A stretch of DNA of 63,995 bases, filler included, from Octopus bimaculoides (lineage: Eukaryota): assembly GCF_001194135.2 (NCBI RefSeq). It is 6 parts of 6 records of this genome, joined end to end, with 100 filler letters (N's around TTAATTAATTAA, not from the genome) between each part and the next. Parts side by side here need not be neighbours in the genome. Positions count along the whole stretch, not along the records: positions 1 to 23,728 come from NC_068988.1; positions 23,829 to 31,647 come from NC_068983.1; positions 31,748 to 46,938 come from NC_069004.1; 3 more parts are not named here. One strand, written 5' to 3'. The notes under the pieces were generated by a model. It did not search any database, was not told where the DNA came from, and worked only from the letters and a program-made list of their open reading frames with translations. A program made the translations under genes and the position numbers. This document shows positions 22,171 to 34,621 of the stretch, piece by piece. Every line of letters begins with the position of its first letter. The stretch's first letter is position 1.

Positions 22171-22399
22171 TTTGTGCTTGTTGTGATTTTGCTGGATTTG
22201 AACCTGTTAGGTGGAGCGTTGTATCACTCTACATAGCAGGTGAATATGTTCATTTATTTGACATTTATCAAGTGAACTCTTCCTTTGTCAAGTGTATTGG
22301 CTTGTGCCAGATGTATGTATAAATTACTCGTTTCTGTAAGAGCATGAACATTTTCTCCTAGTATATTTGGCGTTGTTAATATGTGATTTTACGAGTGGT

Positions 22400-23728
22400 A
22401 TCAAGAGGGAGTTTTACGAGTTGTGTCGGGAAGGAGTTTTGCGAGTGTGACGTCATCCTTGTTTGTTGGCTTGTGACTTTTATTGTTTAGAGTGAAGGAG
22501 ATATCTAGATGAAGGTGAAGAGTTGCGCGGCAGCAACGGGAAGACGGGGTGCTGTCGTTCCGAGTTTGCTGGGGAGGCGTGGGGTGAGTTGCAGGGTGGA
22601 GCTTGTCGCGGCGTATCAAGATGTGATAAAAAGGGAGGGGGTCTAATTTGGGGTTGCCTCACCAGAGGAAGATATAGTGAAGGTGGAGGGTGGAGAGATA
22701 GTCTGTTGGACGTTCTCCGGGGGCTGGAGGGTATTAGAGGTTGCTAAGCGGGAGGAGATGGACAAGTGTCTCAAAGATTTTGGGGATAGTGTTGCCTTCT
22801 ATACCGGAGGAGTGGTGGTTACCTTTGACTCCGAGGAGGAGGCGGAAGGGCGCCCCACTGAGGTGCTGCTCTCGGAAGAATGGGTGCTGCTGCCGCCTAC
22901 CTAGGTAAACGCATTACCATTGTCAGGATAGGCAGGATTCCGCCTGAAATTGAGCCCCAGTGGCTAATGGCAGCGGTTCTCGCCGTAGGAGAAGAAGGAG
23001 GAGATGAGGAAGTACAAATAATACAGGTAACCCGGACCCAACAAATAAATTGAAGTGGGTACGGGTTGGAGAGGTTCTTCATGGTTAACCAAGTGGAATA
23101 CGGTGGAATACCAGAAACAGTAGAGCTGCCCAATGGGGTCAAGCTAGAATAATGCTGGATGGAAGGTTACCAACCTGTTATGCTTGTGGAGAAAAGGGAC
23201 ATATCAAACAAAGGTGTCCTAAACTAACGAAGGAGGTTACAGAGACGGAAACACAAGAATGTGAAACGGAATTGGAGAAAAAGACCCAAGACGCGGAACA
23301 GAACACGAAGTTCATAGACGTAAAATCAAGAGAGAAGAAATTCACCGCCTAAAAAGGAATTCCAACAAAAGAAGCATAAAAAAAAACAGGAGGAAACATA
23401 CCCATTAAGACCATCAACAACAACAAGCAGAAGCAATACGCCCATAGGTTCACCAATAACGAAAAATACCACAAGCAGAACAGAAACACCAAGTAGACGT
23501 ACAGACATACAAACATACAGACACACAAACACACAGACATAAAAGCACAGACTTACAAACGTACAGACGCACAAAAACACAGACACAAAAATACGGAGAC
23601 ACACAAGATGTACAACAAGGTAAAGATATATACAGAAACAAAACTTATTAGTTACATATTACACAAATTAAAAAATCGAGAGAAAAATAACGAAAATGAA
23701 AAGGAATTACAAGAGTAAAACTATCAGA
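22400..23728 (+). mobile_element. Tx1/L1-like LINE 5' part: 5' UTR and degenerate ORF1 (gag-like zinc knuckle)
   Basis: GA-rich ORF from ATG 22509 with stops and frameshifts: VVVTFDSEEEAE...GKRITIVRIGRIPPEI...IPETVELPNG...MLDGRLPTCYACGEKGHIKQRCP (CX2CX4HX4C at 23176-23217). It ends at a scaffold join. Confidence 0.75.
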
Positions 23729-23828
23729 NNNNNNNNNNNNNNNNNNNNNNNNNNNNNNNNNNNNNNNNNNNNTTAATTAATTAANNNNNNNNNNNNNNNN
23801 NNNNNNNNNNNNNNNNNNNNNNNNNNNN
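23729..23828. other. artificial scaffold spacer N44-TTAATTAATTAA-N44
   Basis: Exactly 100 bp. The 12-mer (23773-23784) gives stops in all six frames. Five identical copies occur in the window. Confidence 0.95.
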
Positions 23829-23888
23829 CAATAAAAGGTCAAATAAACGTTTACCTCTGCAGCCGATGTGACAGCACGTCCGTCAGGC

Positions 23889-23889
<1 letters not shown>

Positions 23890-23968
<79 letters not shown>

Positions 23969-23975
23969 GGATGGA
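23890..23975. repeat. (GATA)n microsatellite
   Basis: Direct observation. Confidence 0.95.
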
Positions 23976-23999
23976 TAGACACACATTTATATATATATA

Positions 24000-24190
24000 T
24001 ACTTTTACTTTTATACTTTCATTTGTTTCAGTCAATTGACTGCAGCCATGCTGGAGCACCACCTTTAGTTGAACAGATCGAGCCCCAGAACTTATTCTAA
24101 CTGTCTCTTTGCCGAACCGCTAAGTTATGGGGACGTAAACACGCCAGCATCGGTTGCCAAGCAATGTTGGGGGGATTTACACACACACAA

Positions 24191-24200
<10 letters not shown>
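24000..24200 (-). mobile_element. SINE family A, 3' half
   Basis: ttgtttcagtcaattgactgcagccatgctggagcaccacc...gccgaaccgctaagttatggggacgtaaacac. Confidence 0.85.
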
Positions 24201-24231
<31 letters not shown>

Positions 24232-25472
24232 ATTCGGTCTGTTTTCCTCGCATACTGTTTTTCTCTGTTAGATTGGTGCGCTACGGTGGATTACTTAAGA
24301 CTTGGCTCTTATTTCTAGCAGGCGGTAGATGCTCATTAAGCATCATTACGATATTTCATAGCTCCTTAAAGTTATCATAACTGCGTTCCACCAATGCTAC
24401 TACTGGTGATATCATCAAATTTTGAATTTATCCACAGATGATATGAACAGTAGTGACATCTAACTTCATATCTCAGTGTTTGAATATTTCATTTAAATAT
24501 ATATATNNNNNNNNNNNNNNNNNNNNNNNNNNNNNNNNNNNNNNNNNNNNNNNNNNNNNNNNNNNNNNNNNNNNNNNNNNNNNNNNNNNNNNNNNNNNNN
24601 NNNNNNNNNNNNNNNNNNNNNNNNNNNNNNNNNNNNNNNNNNNNNNNNNNNNNNNNNNNNNNNNNNNNNNNNNNNNNNNNNNNNNNNNNNNNNNNNNNNN
24701 NNNNNNNNNNNNNNNNNNNNNNNNNNNNNNNNNNNNNNNNNNNNNNNNNNNNNNNNNNNNNNNNNNNNNNNNNNNNNNNNNNNNNNNNNNNNNNNNNNNN
24801 NNNNNNNNNNNNNNNNNNNNNNNNNNNNNNNNNNNNNNNNNNNNNNNNNNNNNNNNNNNNNNNNNNNNNNNNNNNNNNNNNNNNNNNNNNNNNNNNNNNN
24901 NNNNNNNNNNNNNNNNNNNNNNNNNNNNNNNNNNNNNNNNNNNNNNNNNNNNNNNNNNNNNNNNNNNNATATATATATATGCATATGTGAATATGATTTT
25001 TATGTAGCAACTCGTATAGTGGCGAAATGAACAGTAAATATGTTTAAATGGCTTGCACACAGCTATATCGTAAAGAAGTTTGCTTTGTGATCGTGCAGTT
25101 TTGAGTTCGCTCCCACTACACCGCATCTCCGGTTGATGTCTTCTTCTCTAGCCACAGATTTGTGAGAAGAGTCCGGTAGACGGGAACTACAAAACCCATG
25201 TGCGTGTGTGCATGTTTGTATGTTGGGTGGGTGTGTGCATGTGCATATTTTTCTCGCGTCTATTCTTGTATTTATCGGTATATACAGAGGAGACGCATAA
25301 GAATATTAAATATGTCACTTCAATAAATATAAATCGATACATTCAGAACTGAAATCGATATGAACAGCTGAAACCTTTAAGAGTTGCAGCATTGCATAGT
25401 TGGAGGCCAACGACGGAAACTGGTGAAAAAAACATAAGACTATAGAATTTATCAATGTATTTCATTTTTATG

Positions 25473-25548
25473 GAGCTGGACAGAAATCTTACTGTAGTTT
25501 CAGTATGTTTGGACTACTGAACAATACGAACTGAAAACATACTTATAG
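25473..25548 (+). repeat. left copy of 76-bp direct repeat flanking a SINE
   Basis: 74/76 identical to 25992-26067. Confidence 0.95.
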
Positions 25549-25554
25549 CGTATG

Positions 25555-25991
25555 GACATAGGAGTGACTGTGTGGTAAGTAGCTTGCTTACCAACCACAT
25601 AGTTCCAGTTTCAGTCCCACTGCGTGGCACTCTGGGCAAGTGATTTCTACTTTAGCCTCGGGCCGACCAAAGCCTTGTGAGTGGATTTGGCAGACGGAAA
25701 CTGAAAGAAGCCCGTCGTATATATATATGTATATATATATATATATGCATGTGTGTGTATATGTTTGTGTGTCTGTGTTTGTCCCCCCCCCCAACGTCGC
25801 TTTACAACCGATAGTGGTGTGTTTACGTCCCCGTAACTTAGCGGTTCGGCTAGAGTGACGATAGAATAAGTACTAGGCTTATAAAGGATAAGTCCTGGGG
25901 TTGGTTTGCTCGACTAAAGGTGGTGCTCCAGAATGGCGACAGTCAAATGACTGAAACAAGTAAAAGAGTAAAAGAGCAAAAGAGTAAAATA
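25555..25991 (+). mobile_element. tRNA-derived SINE family A, full length, with internal (TA/TG)n microsatellite and (GTAAAAGA)n tail
   Basis: Head ggagtgactgtgtggtaagtagcttgcttaccaaccacatagttccagtttcagtcccactgcgtgg, a central microsatellite, and 3' gactgaaacaagtaaaagagtaaaagag. Confidence 0.92.
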
Positions 25992-26067
25992 GAGCTGGAC
26001 AGAAATCTTACTGTAGTTTCAGTATATTTGGACTACTGAACAATACGAACTTAAAACATACTTATAG
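25992..26067 (+). repeat. right copy of 76-bp direct repeat flanking a SINE
   Basis: 74/76 identical to 25473-25548. Confidence 0.95.
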
Positions 26068-27804
26068 TTACATATAAGATGGCTTTTATAAATCGGAAAT
26101 GTGATAAGTGGGTGCAAAATATATATTTTCTGTAAATATCGTGTGAAAGTAGAAATTTCCCGGTTATATCTCAGCCAATAATAACTCTCGACTCGAATGG
26201 GCTATAGTACTCAAAAAATGATTTATATGAAGCACCTTTAAATGTCTACTAAGCTAGACAGCCTGGGCCAGTACTGGTCGAAACTTGTCAAAGCATCTAA
26301 ATGTCATAGTAGTCTACGATAGATCATTTCCCACTGATATTTCAATGGACAAATTGATTGGACAATGCAGTACATAATATAGAAAAGGACGATAGGGTGA
26401 TGGGTTTTAATCACTGGTTTCCTAAATTATAGTTGTTTTTTGGTTAAACTATAGTTATAACATAAAGTAAGATTTAATGTAAAACTATATTAAAGCGGGT
26501 AATGGGCAGAATCATATGAACGTTAGATGGCATATCTTACAGTATTGTTCAGAGTGTCTGCATTATGAATTCAGACCCTACTGATTTATATCAGCTTTTC
26601 TTTCTAGCCTTTCGGCATGAGAAATAAAGTGCAATTCCTGTATTGTAGTAAATTCTTCTTCGTCTGTATGTCTCTAAAACAAAAAAGATAAAAGAAAATC
26701 AGTTGCAGTCAGATAAAGACCAGATCCGTCAGGTTTGTAAAATGTCCGGAACACGCCGTATTTCATGGCTCCATTCGAAAGTGAGAACTCAAGGAAAGAA
26801 GACAAGATTTTGTACATATTAGAACTGACAATTCTGAGAAACTTAATGTGAAATTAATGCAAAATAATTGAGTAGGGATAGTCTAGCCATGCATTTAATG
26901 AACGACACGGCGGTAATGCTGATTCTCTGTCATTAATTTATGCTGTTCAACAAATAAAAAACAAATGTACTTTATTTTATAACCAATTCGTTTTTATTGC
27001 TTCAATAAAGATCCATATTTCAGTATGTACTCTATCAACTTCTTTCTCTTCTATGCTGTTTGTCACACTTTATCGATCATTGCAAAACCAAAGTCAGTAA
27101 ACTGGATTTTGACTTGATTCTCCCCTCGAGATTTCGTACAATCATTCTCTCTCTTCCCATGTGGTTTCACATGAATAAATATCCATTATATTAAATTGAA
27201 TACTCCTTTTCTGCTGAATATTTTCACACAAACCAATCTAAATTTCCACACAATTATCAATTTTATCGAAATAAATTTCAATATTGACTCTCATTTGACT
27301 AATTATCTGCTTTAAATTTATTTTAATGATATTCATTTCTTTAATTAGTAACTTTGATGTAGAATTCCTTCAAAGCTGTTAAACGAATTTTGTCTGTGTA
27401 GTATTCTTTTTACGAAAGCATCTGTCGCCAGTATTGGTTTCATTCCATTTTCCAATATGGCATAATATTTAACCAAGCTTCTCAAGAGAACCAATCAGTG
27501 TCTCAACACGTCGGTTAAGCCATTAAAAATACCCGCAAAACAATCAAATTTTCAACTATACCTTACTTTCTTAAGAAATAGATGGACTCTATATATAATG
27601 TAGCCATAGTGGGGATACTTCAAAGAAAGAATTGTCACCGTTGAAAGACCTTTGATTATACGCTGGCTCAATCAGAAATTACTTGTGACTAAACAATAAC
27701 GGCAACAAGCAGCTTTCAAGCATTCACTGCATGAAACAATGAACCTTAAACAATATCGTTGATATCTGCCCTTCATTAATTTGTTATTGTTTCTAAAACG
27801 TCTC

Positions 27805-28025
27805 GGTGGTGAGCTGACAAAATCGTTAGCGCGCTGGACAAAGTGTTTAGCGGCATTTTGTGTCTGTCTTTCTGAACTCAAATTCCACCAGGGTCGACGA
27901 CTTTGACTTTCATCCTTTCGGGGTCGATAAATTTACTACCAGTCGAGCCTCTGGGTGTCAATGTAATTGACTAGACCGTGCACCCCCACAACCACATTTC
28001 AGGCCTGGTGTCTATAATAGAATGT
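27805..28025 (+). mobile_element. SINE family D
   Basis: ggtggtgagctgacaaaatcgttagcgcgctggacaaagtgtttagcggcattt...gactttcatcctttcggggtcgataaa. Confidence 0.85.
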
Positions 28026-29965
28026 ATTGTATCTAAAACGTCAAAATTAACACTGACCAATATATATATATATATGTATGTATGTATATATGCGTGTTTA
28101 GAATATCCAGAAAAATACACGTGAGTGTATGCGCGCAAACATATATATACATACATGTTTGTATGTGCATGTGTTTACATGTGTGTTTTGCGTGTATGTG
28201 TGTATGAGTGTTTGTGTGTGTGTGTGCGTGTGTGTGTGTGTGTGTGTGCATATATGTGTGTTCACGTGTGTGCGATCTATTCTTGTGCTATGCTGGTAAA
28301 TGTACGTCTTTCTGCACTCCATCCCATACAGAGAGATGTTTGTCTACAAACTAGTAACAATCCGTAGTTTAGAATCAATATTTATAGGGAACCATTGAAT
28401 TATATATAAATATTAGTATTAGCGTGATGGCAACCAACTTCTGAGACACCACACTTTCAGAGAACATGCATATACACAAATACCAAACAATTCTAGCTTG
28501 GACAATTTGGAGTCTTTGTAACAGGAACATAATTAAAGGCCCACTACCTAAATAACAATATGCTAAGTAATACCACATACTAGAAGCTAGCATACACAGT
28601 AGTCCGTGAACACACGCATGTGAAAATCCAGTTAACAGGTGTTCACCAGGTTTAATCCGCCTTGGATGTTATCTCTTCTAACATAAACACAATCTTCCTA
28701 ACTCCAGTACGACATTGCTAAACAACATACAAACGGGACATGCTTTCAACGCCAATAACATTAAAGACACCGGTTCCTTCTTGGTAACTTCCCTTCCCTT
28801 CCCAAATTACATGCTTCGTTTGAAAACGTACACATAGCCTATATTCGTACAATCAGATAGTAAGTTCCAAAATATACCCATCAACACAAGAGGTTATATG
28901 TAACTGTTGAAATGCATTCATCTGTCCATGGAGAACCTATTTTCCCAAATCAATGATAAGTCAAACATCTATGTTACGCCTCAATGATATGGAAAACTAA
29001 TCACACATGTCTCATAAGGATCCCTTTCAAAAACAATTACTACCAGTATGTATATTCAGGCAATGGGGCAGGGAACTCTACGTTGTCCTTATTCTTTTAG
29101 AAAATCAGCGTAGGCAGCCCGAAAAGCCTTCCAATATGATGAAGCGTCATCGATAAAGACACAGAATAACCCAATGGATAATGAAACAGCAGGGTTGCTT
29201 AACTACAAAATTCAACTTGTTACAACAGCTCGCAATATCGGAGTAAATTCCTTTTAACATTTTGTTACAGAAGGAGAAAATCAGAAGCCTATCCATTAAA
29301 ATCCACAGATTTAACAGCATCAGGAATTAGTATCATCTTTGATGATTTCAGATCTTGATTAGGTAATTTCCCTTACACCGTAGTAGTTCGATCAGTAATA
29401 TTCCTCACATGACACACGTTCGTTCTCTTGATTCAGAATGACCTGTGAAAATCGTCTTAGCTGGTGTGATGCGATACAGCTGATATCATACATCGAATAT
29501 TGCCTGACTAAACACAAGTGTAATTTTACATGAGAATACGTGAAACTCAAAACTATCAGTGCATTGATTACAAAAATATATGTATACGTAAGTGATCGTG
29601 TGTGACTGTGTGTGTATCTAAGAGACAGACATACAGCCACACCGAGAAACAGAGACCAAGGGAGAGCGCGAGTGCTGTAATAGACCTCTGACACATTTAG
29701 TAAAAAACAACTGGTAGTTATAAAGAAATACTTCTTAGCCAATATATGTGCAAGGCAATCGGCATATTCACACAGAACGCAGTGTGAATAACGGACAGAG
29801 TCAAAACTATTGAAATGGTTGCAAGACGCAACGAAACTTTAAGAAACATAAAAAAGAAATAAGTGAAAATTTTAGCGGTGAGTGTGTTAAATTATAAGGC
29901 ACTAAAAGAGAAGAATGACTCTCTCCAGACACAACTAAAAATTCATTATTTCTAAGTACATATTA

Positions 29966-30000
<35 letters not shown>

Positions 30001-30383
30001 NNNNNNNNNNNNNNNNNNNNNNNNNNNNNNNNNNNNNNNNNNNNNNNNNNNNNNNNNNNNNNNNNNNNNNNNNNNNNNNNNNNNNNNNNNNNNNNNNNNN
30101 NNNNNNNNNNNNNNNNNNNNNNNNNNNNNNNNNNNNNNNNNNNNNNNNNNNNNNNNNNNNNNNNNNNNNNNNNNNNNNNNNNNNNNNNNNNNNNNNNNNN
30201 NNNNNNNNNNNNNNNNNNNNNNNNNNNNNNNNNNNNNNNNNNNNNNNNNNNNNNNNNNNNNNNNNNNNNNNNNNNNNNNNNNNNNNNNNNNNNNNNNNNN
30301 NNNNNNNNNNNNNNNNNNNNNNNNNNNNNNNNNNNNNNNNNNNNNNNNNNNNNNNNNNNNNNNNNNNNNNNNNNNNNNNNNNN

Positions 30384-30567
30384 CAATGGCTTCCTTGGTC
30401 ATAGTGGTGATATGAGGGCGGGCGTCGTCGTGCAGAAGAAGAACTCCTAGCTGCCGATTAGGTCTTTTCTTTTGAATAGCTGTGTTGAGTCGTTCCATCT
30501 GTTGAACATATAGTTCCGCGTTGGCCGTATTTCGCGGCACCATTTTTCGTCGCCAGTAACGATTCGG
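30384..30567 (-). mobile_element. mariner transposase fragment, internally deleted
   Basis: The minus strand has LDRIVTGDEKW fused directly to (M)VPRNTANAELYVQQMERLNTAIQKKRPNRQLGVLLLHDDARPH. Confidence 0.85.
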
Positions 30568-30975
30568 TCAAGCTGGCAGAAACGTTAGCACGCAGGGCGA
30601 AATGCTTAGCGGTATTTCGTCTGTCGTTACTTTCTTAGTTCAAATTCCGCCGAGGTCGACTTTACCTTTCATCCTTTCCGGGTCGATAAATTAATTACCA
30701 GTTACACATTGGGGTCGATGTAATCAACTTATTCCTTTTGTCTGTCCTCGTTTGTCCCCTCTATATTTAGTCCCTTGTGAGCAATAAAGAAATAAGAAAG
30801 TGGGTTTAGCTGACAGAATTGTTAGCGCATGGGGCAAAATGCTAACCAACATTTTCATCCGGTTTCACATTTTGACTTCCAGTTCCAGTGACGTTCACTT
30901 TGACCTTCATCCTTCCGGGGTGAAAGTACTGGGGTCGATGGAATTGATTAGGTCCCTCCCCCTGAATTTCAAAGC
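30568..30975 (+). mobile_element. two tandem SINE family D copies
   Basis: gctggcagaaacgttagcacgcagggcgaaatgcttagcgg... at ~30568, and a second head gctgacagaattgttagcgc at ~30808. Confidence 0.85.
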
Positions 30976-30994
30976 ATTGTTCCTTATCTTTGTT

Positions 30995-31205
30995 TACCAG
31001 GCGTTCTAGCTTCATAATAAACAAAGTAAATAGAAAGTGCCTGAAAATACACTTCACAGTCCCAAAAGATGAGAAAGTTCCACATGAAGGTTATAGAGAA
31101 AATAACAAAATACCAGGATCTAGCCATTGAGCTACAAAGGCTATAGAAAATGCGGCAAAAATGTATTCCTGTAGTTATACGACTATTCGTCACTATTTCT
31201 AACGA
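30995..31205 (+). mobile_element. R4/Dong-like LINE restriction-like endonuclease fragment
   Basis: INKVNRKCLKIHFTVPKDE / KVIEKITKYQDLAIELQRL*KMRQKCIPVVI matches the RLE C-terminal motif EKxxKYxDLxxELxRLW...IPVVIG. It is truncated by (CTA)n. Confidence 0.75.
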
Positions 31206-31207
31206 TT

Positions 31208-31294
<87 letters not shown>

Positions 31295-31647
31295 AGCTAT
31301 TATTTCGTATGTATGTGTTTGTGGAATGGTCAAGTTTATTAGATACAGACGAACAATAAAACATTTCAAACCAGCTGCTCTTTAAAATAGCTTTTAGCTG
31401 AAATCACGGAATTGATTTTACAAAACAATTTAATACGTTTTTAAGCTGGAAATATAATTTTGTTCTTTAAGTTGGAAATATAATTTCGTATAGTGATTAC
31501 ATATACTTCTAGGCTCCATGTTGCGTTGATTAAAATACATAGACATTGACCAATTTATTTGTAGCGCTAAATACTTCGCAATTGAAAGAATCCAGCTGCT
31601 CATATTGATTAAAAACAGAGTTTTGAGTTGTCTTCTATCATATATAT

Positions 31648-31747
31648 NNNNNNNNNNNNNNNNNNNNNNNNNNNNNNNNNNNNNNNNNNNNTTAATTAAT
31701 TAANNNNNNNNNNNNNNNNNNNNNNNNNNNNNNNNNNNNNNNNNNNN
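31648..31747. other. artificial scaffold spacer N44-TTAATTAATTAA-N44
   Basis: 12-mer at 31692-31703. Confidence 0.95.
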
Positions 31748-31779
<32 letters not shown>

Positions 31780-32799
31780 GGGAGTGATAGCTCGTGTAGG
31801 TAGACGAGCAGGAAGGCAAATGTGTGTGTGTGCGTTTTGAGTGTGTGCGTGGGCATAAATGTGCATCTATGTGTAAAACTAATTTCTTTCTAAATATATT
31901 TGATTGCGAGAATGTCACCCTGGGGAGTTGTGAGACATATATCACATCAAAACGTTAGAAATATATGCATGTGAGTATATGTGTATATATATATATTTTT
32001 TTTTTTTATGTTAGAGTGTTGGAGTTCGCGCGGGTATACACACGCACACGCACATATTTATATACACATATCATACATATACACACATATGAATATATAC
32101 GATACAAATTTAATATGAATATATATATATATACATAAAAACGTATCTGCGTGTACATCTGTGTGAGCGAGTGTGTGTGTCTGTGTGTGTGTGTGTGTGT
32201 GTGTGCGTGTGTGTAGTGTATGAATGTATGATGTATCTATGTATAGTTTTTGTACGTGTATGTACTTGTGTGTATGTATATCTGTGTGTGAACATACATA
32301 CACACATATATATATATAAACCTAAAAACGATGAAACAAATATCTATTTTGAAAAATCAAGCATACTCTATCTAGCACCACTACCAACAACAACACCACC
32401 AACACCATAATAAACATCACCTAAGAAAAAGCAAAACACAATATTAAAAAAAAAAGAAACATGAACTTAAATCTAACACAATACTGTATCTCTAATGAGA
32501 AAGCATGATGCCTGGGACCATTCTTTACCTAAGTGCTTTCTGCTTAAATATGCAATTCTAACCAATATCTGTAATTCTTAATATTCCAGAATGGTTCAGG
32601 TGTTTATTTATTGATGTAGACATAAATACATACAGCATAAATATATAGACCTATAAATAAATACATACTTAAAGATGTACATATCGTTATCTGTTCATGT
32701 TTATATATATATGGGTATATATGTATGTATTTTTTTATTGTGTATATTTGTGTGTATGTATATCTGTGTGTGAGCATACAGACATATATATATGTATTT

Positions 32800-32965
32800 T
32801 TTTCTCCGTGTTTTTCTCCTTGTCTCCGTATTCTTTCTGTTGAAGAGCGTAGTTCGAAACGTCAAAGACTTTCCGTATTCCCGAGCGTCATACTAATATA
32901 TCCTTTTGTTATTTACACCACCTGTCCTCGTCTGTTGTTATTATTTGTATATTCTCCCATATATA
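32800..32965 (+). mobile_element. solo PLE terminal repeat (same family as 10040-10295) with hammerhead-like motif at 32832-32868
   Basis: tctttctgttgaagagcgtagttcgaaacgtcaaagac...gagcgtcatactaata...caccacctgtcctcgtc. Confidence 0.65.
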
Positions 32966-33339
32966 TGTACATATATGTGTGTGTGTGTGTGTGTGTATGT
33001 GTATAAATATATCTATATGTACGTATGTCTGTGTGTATATGTAGATATATATGCACATGTATACATATGCAACGCATATCTCTTCATATATGAAAATATA
33101 TGAATATACATGTATCTATATATATATATGTATATATGTTTGCGTGTGTATGTATATATACGTACAAATATAGATATGTATATATGTGTGTGTGTATGTT
33201 TGTGTATGTGTTTGTGTGTGTGTATGTGTGTGTGTATGTGCGTGTGGATGTAAATGCATAACCGATGCAACAATAGCAGATATTCATATACACCCAAGCG
33301 CACCCATAAATACACAAATAGGAGTATGCGCATATGTAG

Positions 33340-33375
<36 letters not shown>

Positions 33376-33872
33376 NNNNNNNNNNNNNNNNNNNNNNNNN
33401 NNNNNNNNNNNNNNNNNNNNNNNNNNNNNNNNNNNNNNNNNNNNNNNNNNNNNNNNNNNNNNNNNNNNNNNNNNNNNNNNNNNNNNNNNNNNNNNNNNNN
33501 NNNNNNNNNNNNNNNNNNNNNNNNNNNNNNNNNNNNNNNNNNNNNNNNNNNNNNNNNNNNNNNNNNNNNNNNNNNNNNNNNNNNNNNNNNNNNNNNNNNN
33601 NNNNNNNNNNNNNNNNNNNNNNNNNNNNNNNNNNNNNNNNNNNNNNNNNNNNNNNNNNNNNNNNNNNNNNNNNNNNNNNNNNNNNNNNNNNNNNNNNNNN
33701 NNNNNNNNNNNNNNNNNNNNNNNNNNNNNNNNNNNNNNNNNNNNNNNNNNNNNNNNNNNNNNNNNNNNNNNNNNNNNNNNNNNNNNNNNNNNNNNNNNNN
33801 NNNNNNNNNNNNNNNNNNNNNNNNNNNNNNNNNNNNNNNNNNNNNNNNNNNNNNNNNNNNNNNNNNNNNNNN

Positions 33873-33954
33873 GTGTGTCTTCTACTATAGCCTCGGGCCG
33901 ACCAAAGCCTTGTGAGTGGATTTGGTAGACAGAAACTGAAAGAAACTCGTCGTA

Positions 33955-34020
<66 letters not shown>

Positions 34021-34255
34021 TGTATGTGTGTATATGTTTGTGTGTCTGTGTTTGTCAACCCAATATAGCTTGACAACCAATGTTGGTGTGTTTACGTCCC
34101 CGTAATTTAGCGGTTCGGTAAAAGAGACCAATAGAATAAGTACTAGGCTTACAAATGATAAGTCCTGGGGTTGATCTGCTCGACTAAAAGGTGGTGCTCC
34201 AGCATGGCCACAGTCAAAACGACCGAAACAAGTAAAAGAGTAAAGAATAAAAGAT
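33873..34255 (+). mobile_element. SINE family A (5' end in gap)
   Basis: gtgtcttctactatagcctcgggccgaccaaagcc...internal microsatellite...gaccgaaacaagtaaaagagtaaagaataaaag. Confidence 0.9.
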
Positions 34256-34339
34256 ATATATATATATATATATACTAATACATCCTTTCGTTGTTTACAC
34301 CACCTGTCCTCGTCTGTTGTTGTTTTTTCGTACATTCTC

Positions 34340-34384
<45 letters not shown>

Positions 34385-34539
34385 TATACTGCAGTACCCG
34401 GTAATAAATGTTTATGAAACATTTTTCGTCAAATTTGGACATTTTTCAAAAGTTTAACATCAACGTTAATTGGTAGTCAAGTAGCGAACCCGTGTCGTCG
34501 TCATTTTTGTCTATGTGTGTAAAATGGCAATGCCGTCGA

Positions 34540-34586
34540 AGTAGAAGTAGTACAAGTAGTAGTGGTATCAGCAGCAGTAGCAGTAA

Positions 34587-34621
<35 letters not shown>

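Noticed and set aside
23830-23890. Minus-strand donor GAG|GTAAAC as a candidate upstream exon of the ANL gene
   Set aside because: It lies beyond an artificial scaffold join, abuts (GATA)n, and its phase-2 translation shows no ANL N-terminal similarity.
26255-26300. ggccagtactggtcgaaacttgtc, a hammerhead-like stem II plus GAAA
   Set aside because: The CUGANGA core is incomplete and no stem I closes the motif.
26590-26675. Minus-strand acceptor followed by RHTDEEEFTTIQELHFISHAERLERKA
   Set aside because: The frame stops after 31 codons, there is no suitable donor, and the segment overlaps a decayed SINE D core on the other strand.
28400-29400. Possible very old L1/Tx1 ORF2 remnant on the minus strand (e.g. 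GLPTLIF, QGGLNLVN)
   Set aside because: There are many stops, and the motifs are too short and not in a convincing order. It needs a profile-HMM or tblastn search to decide.
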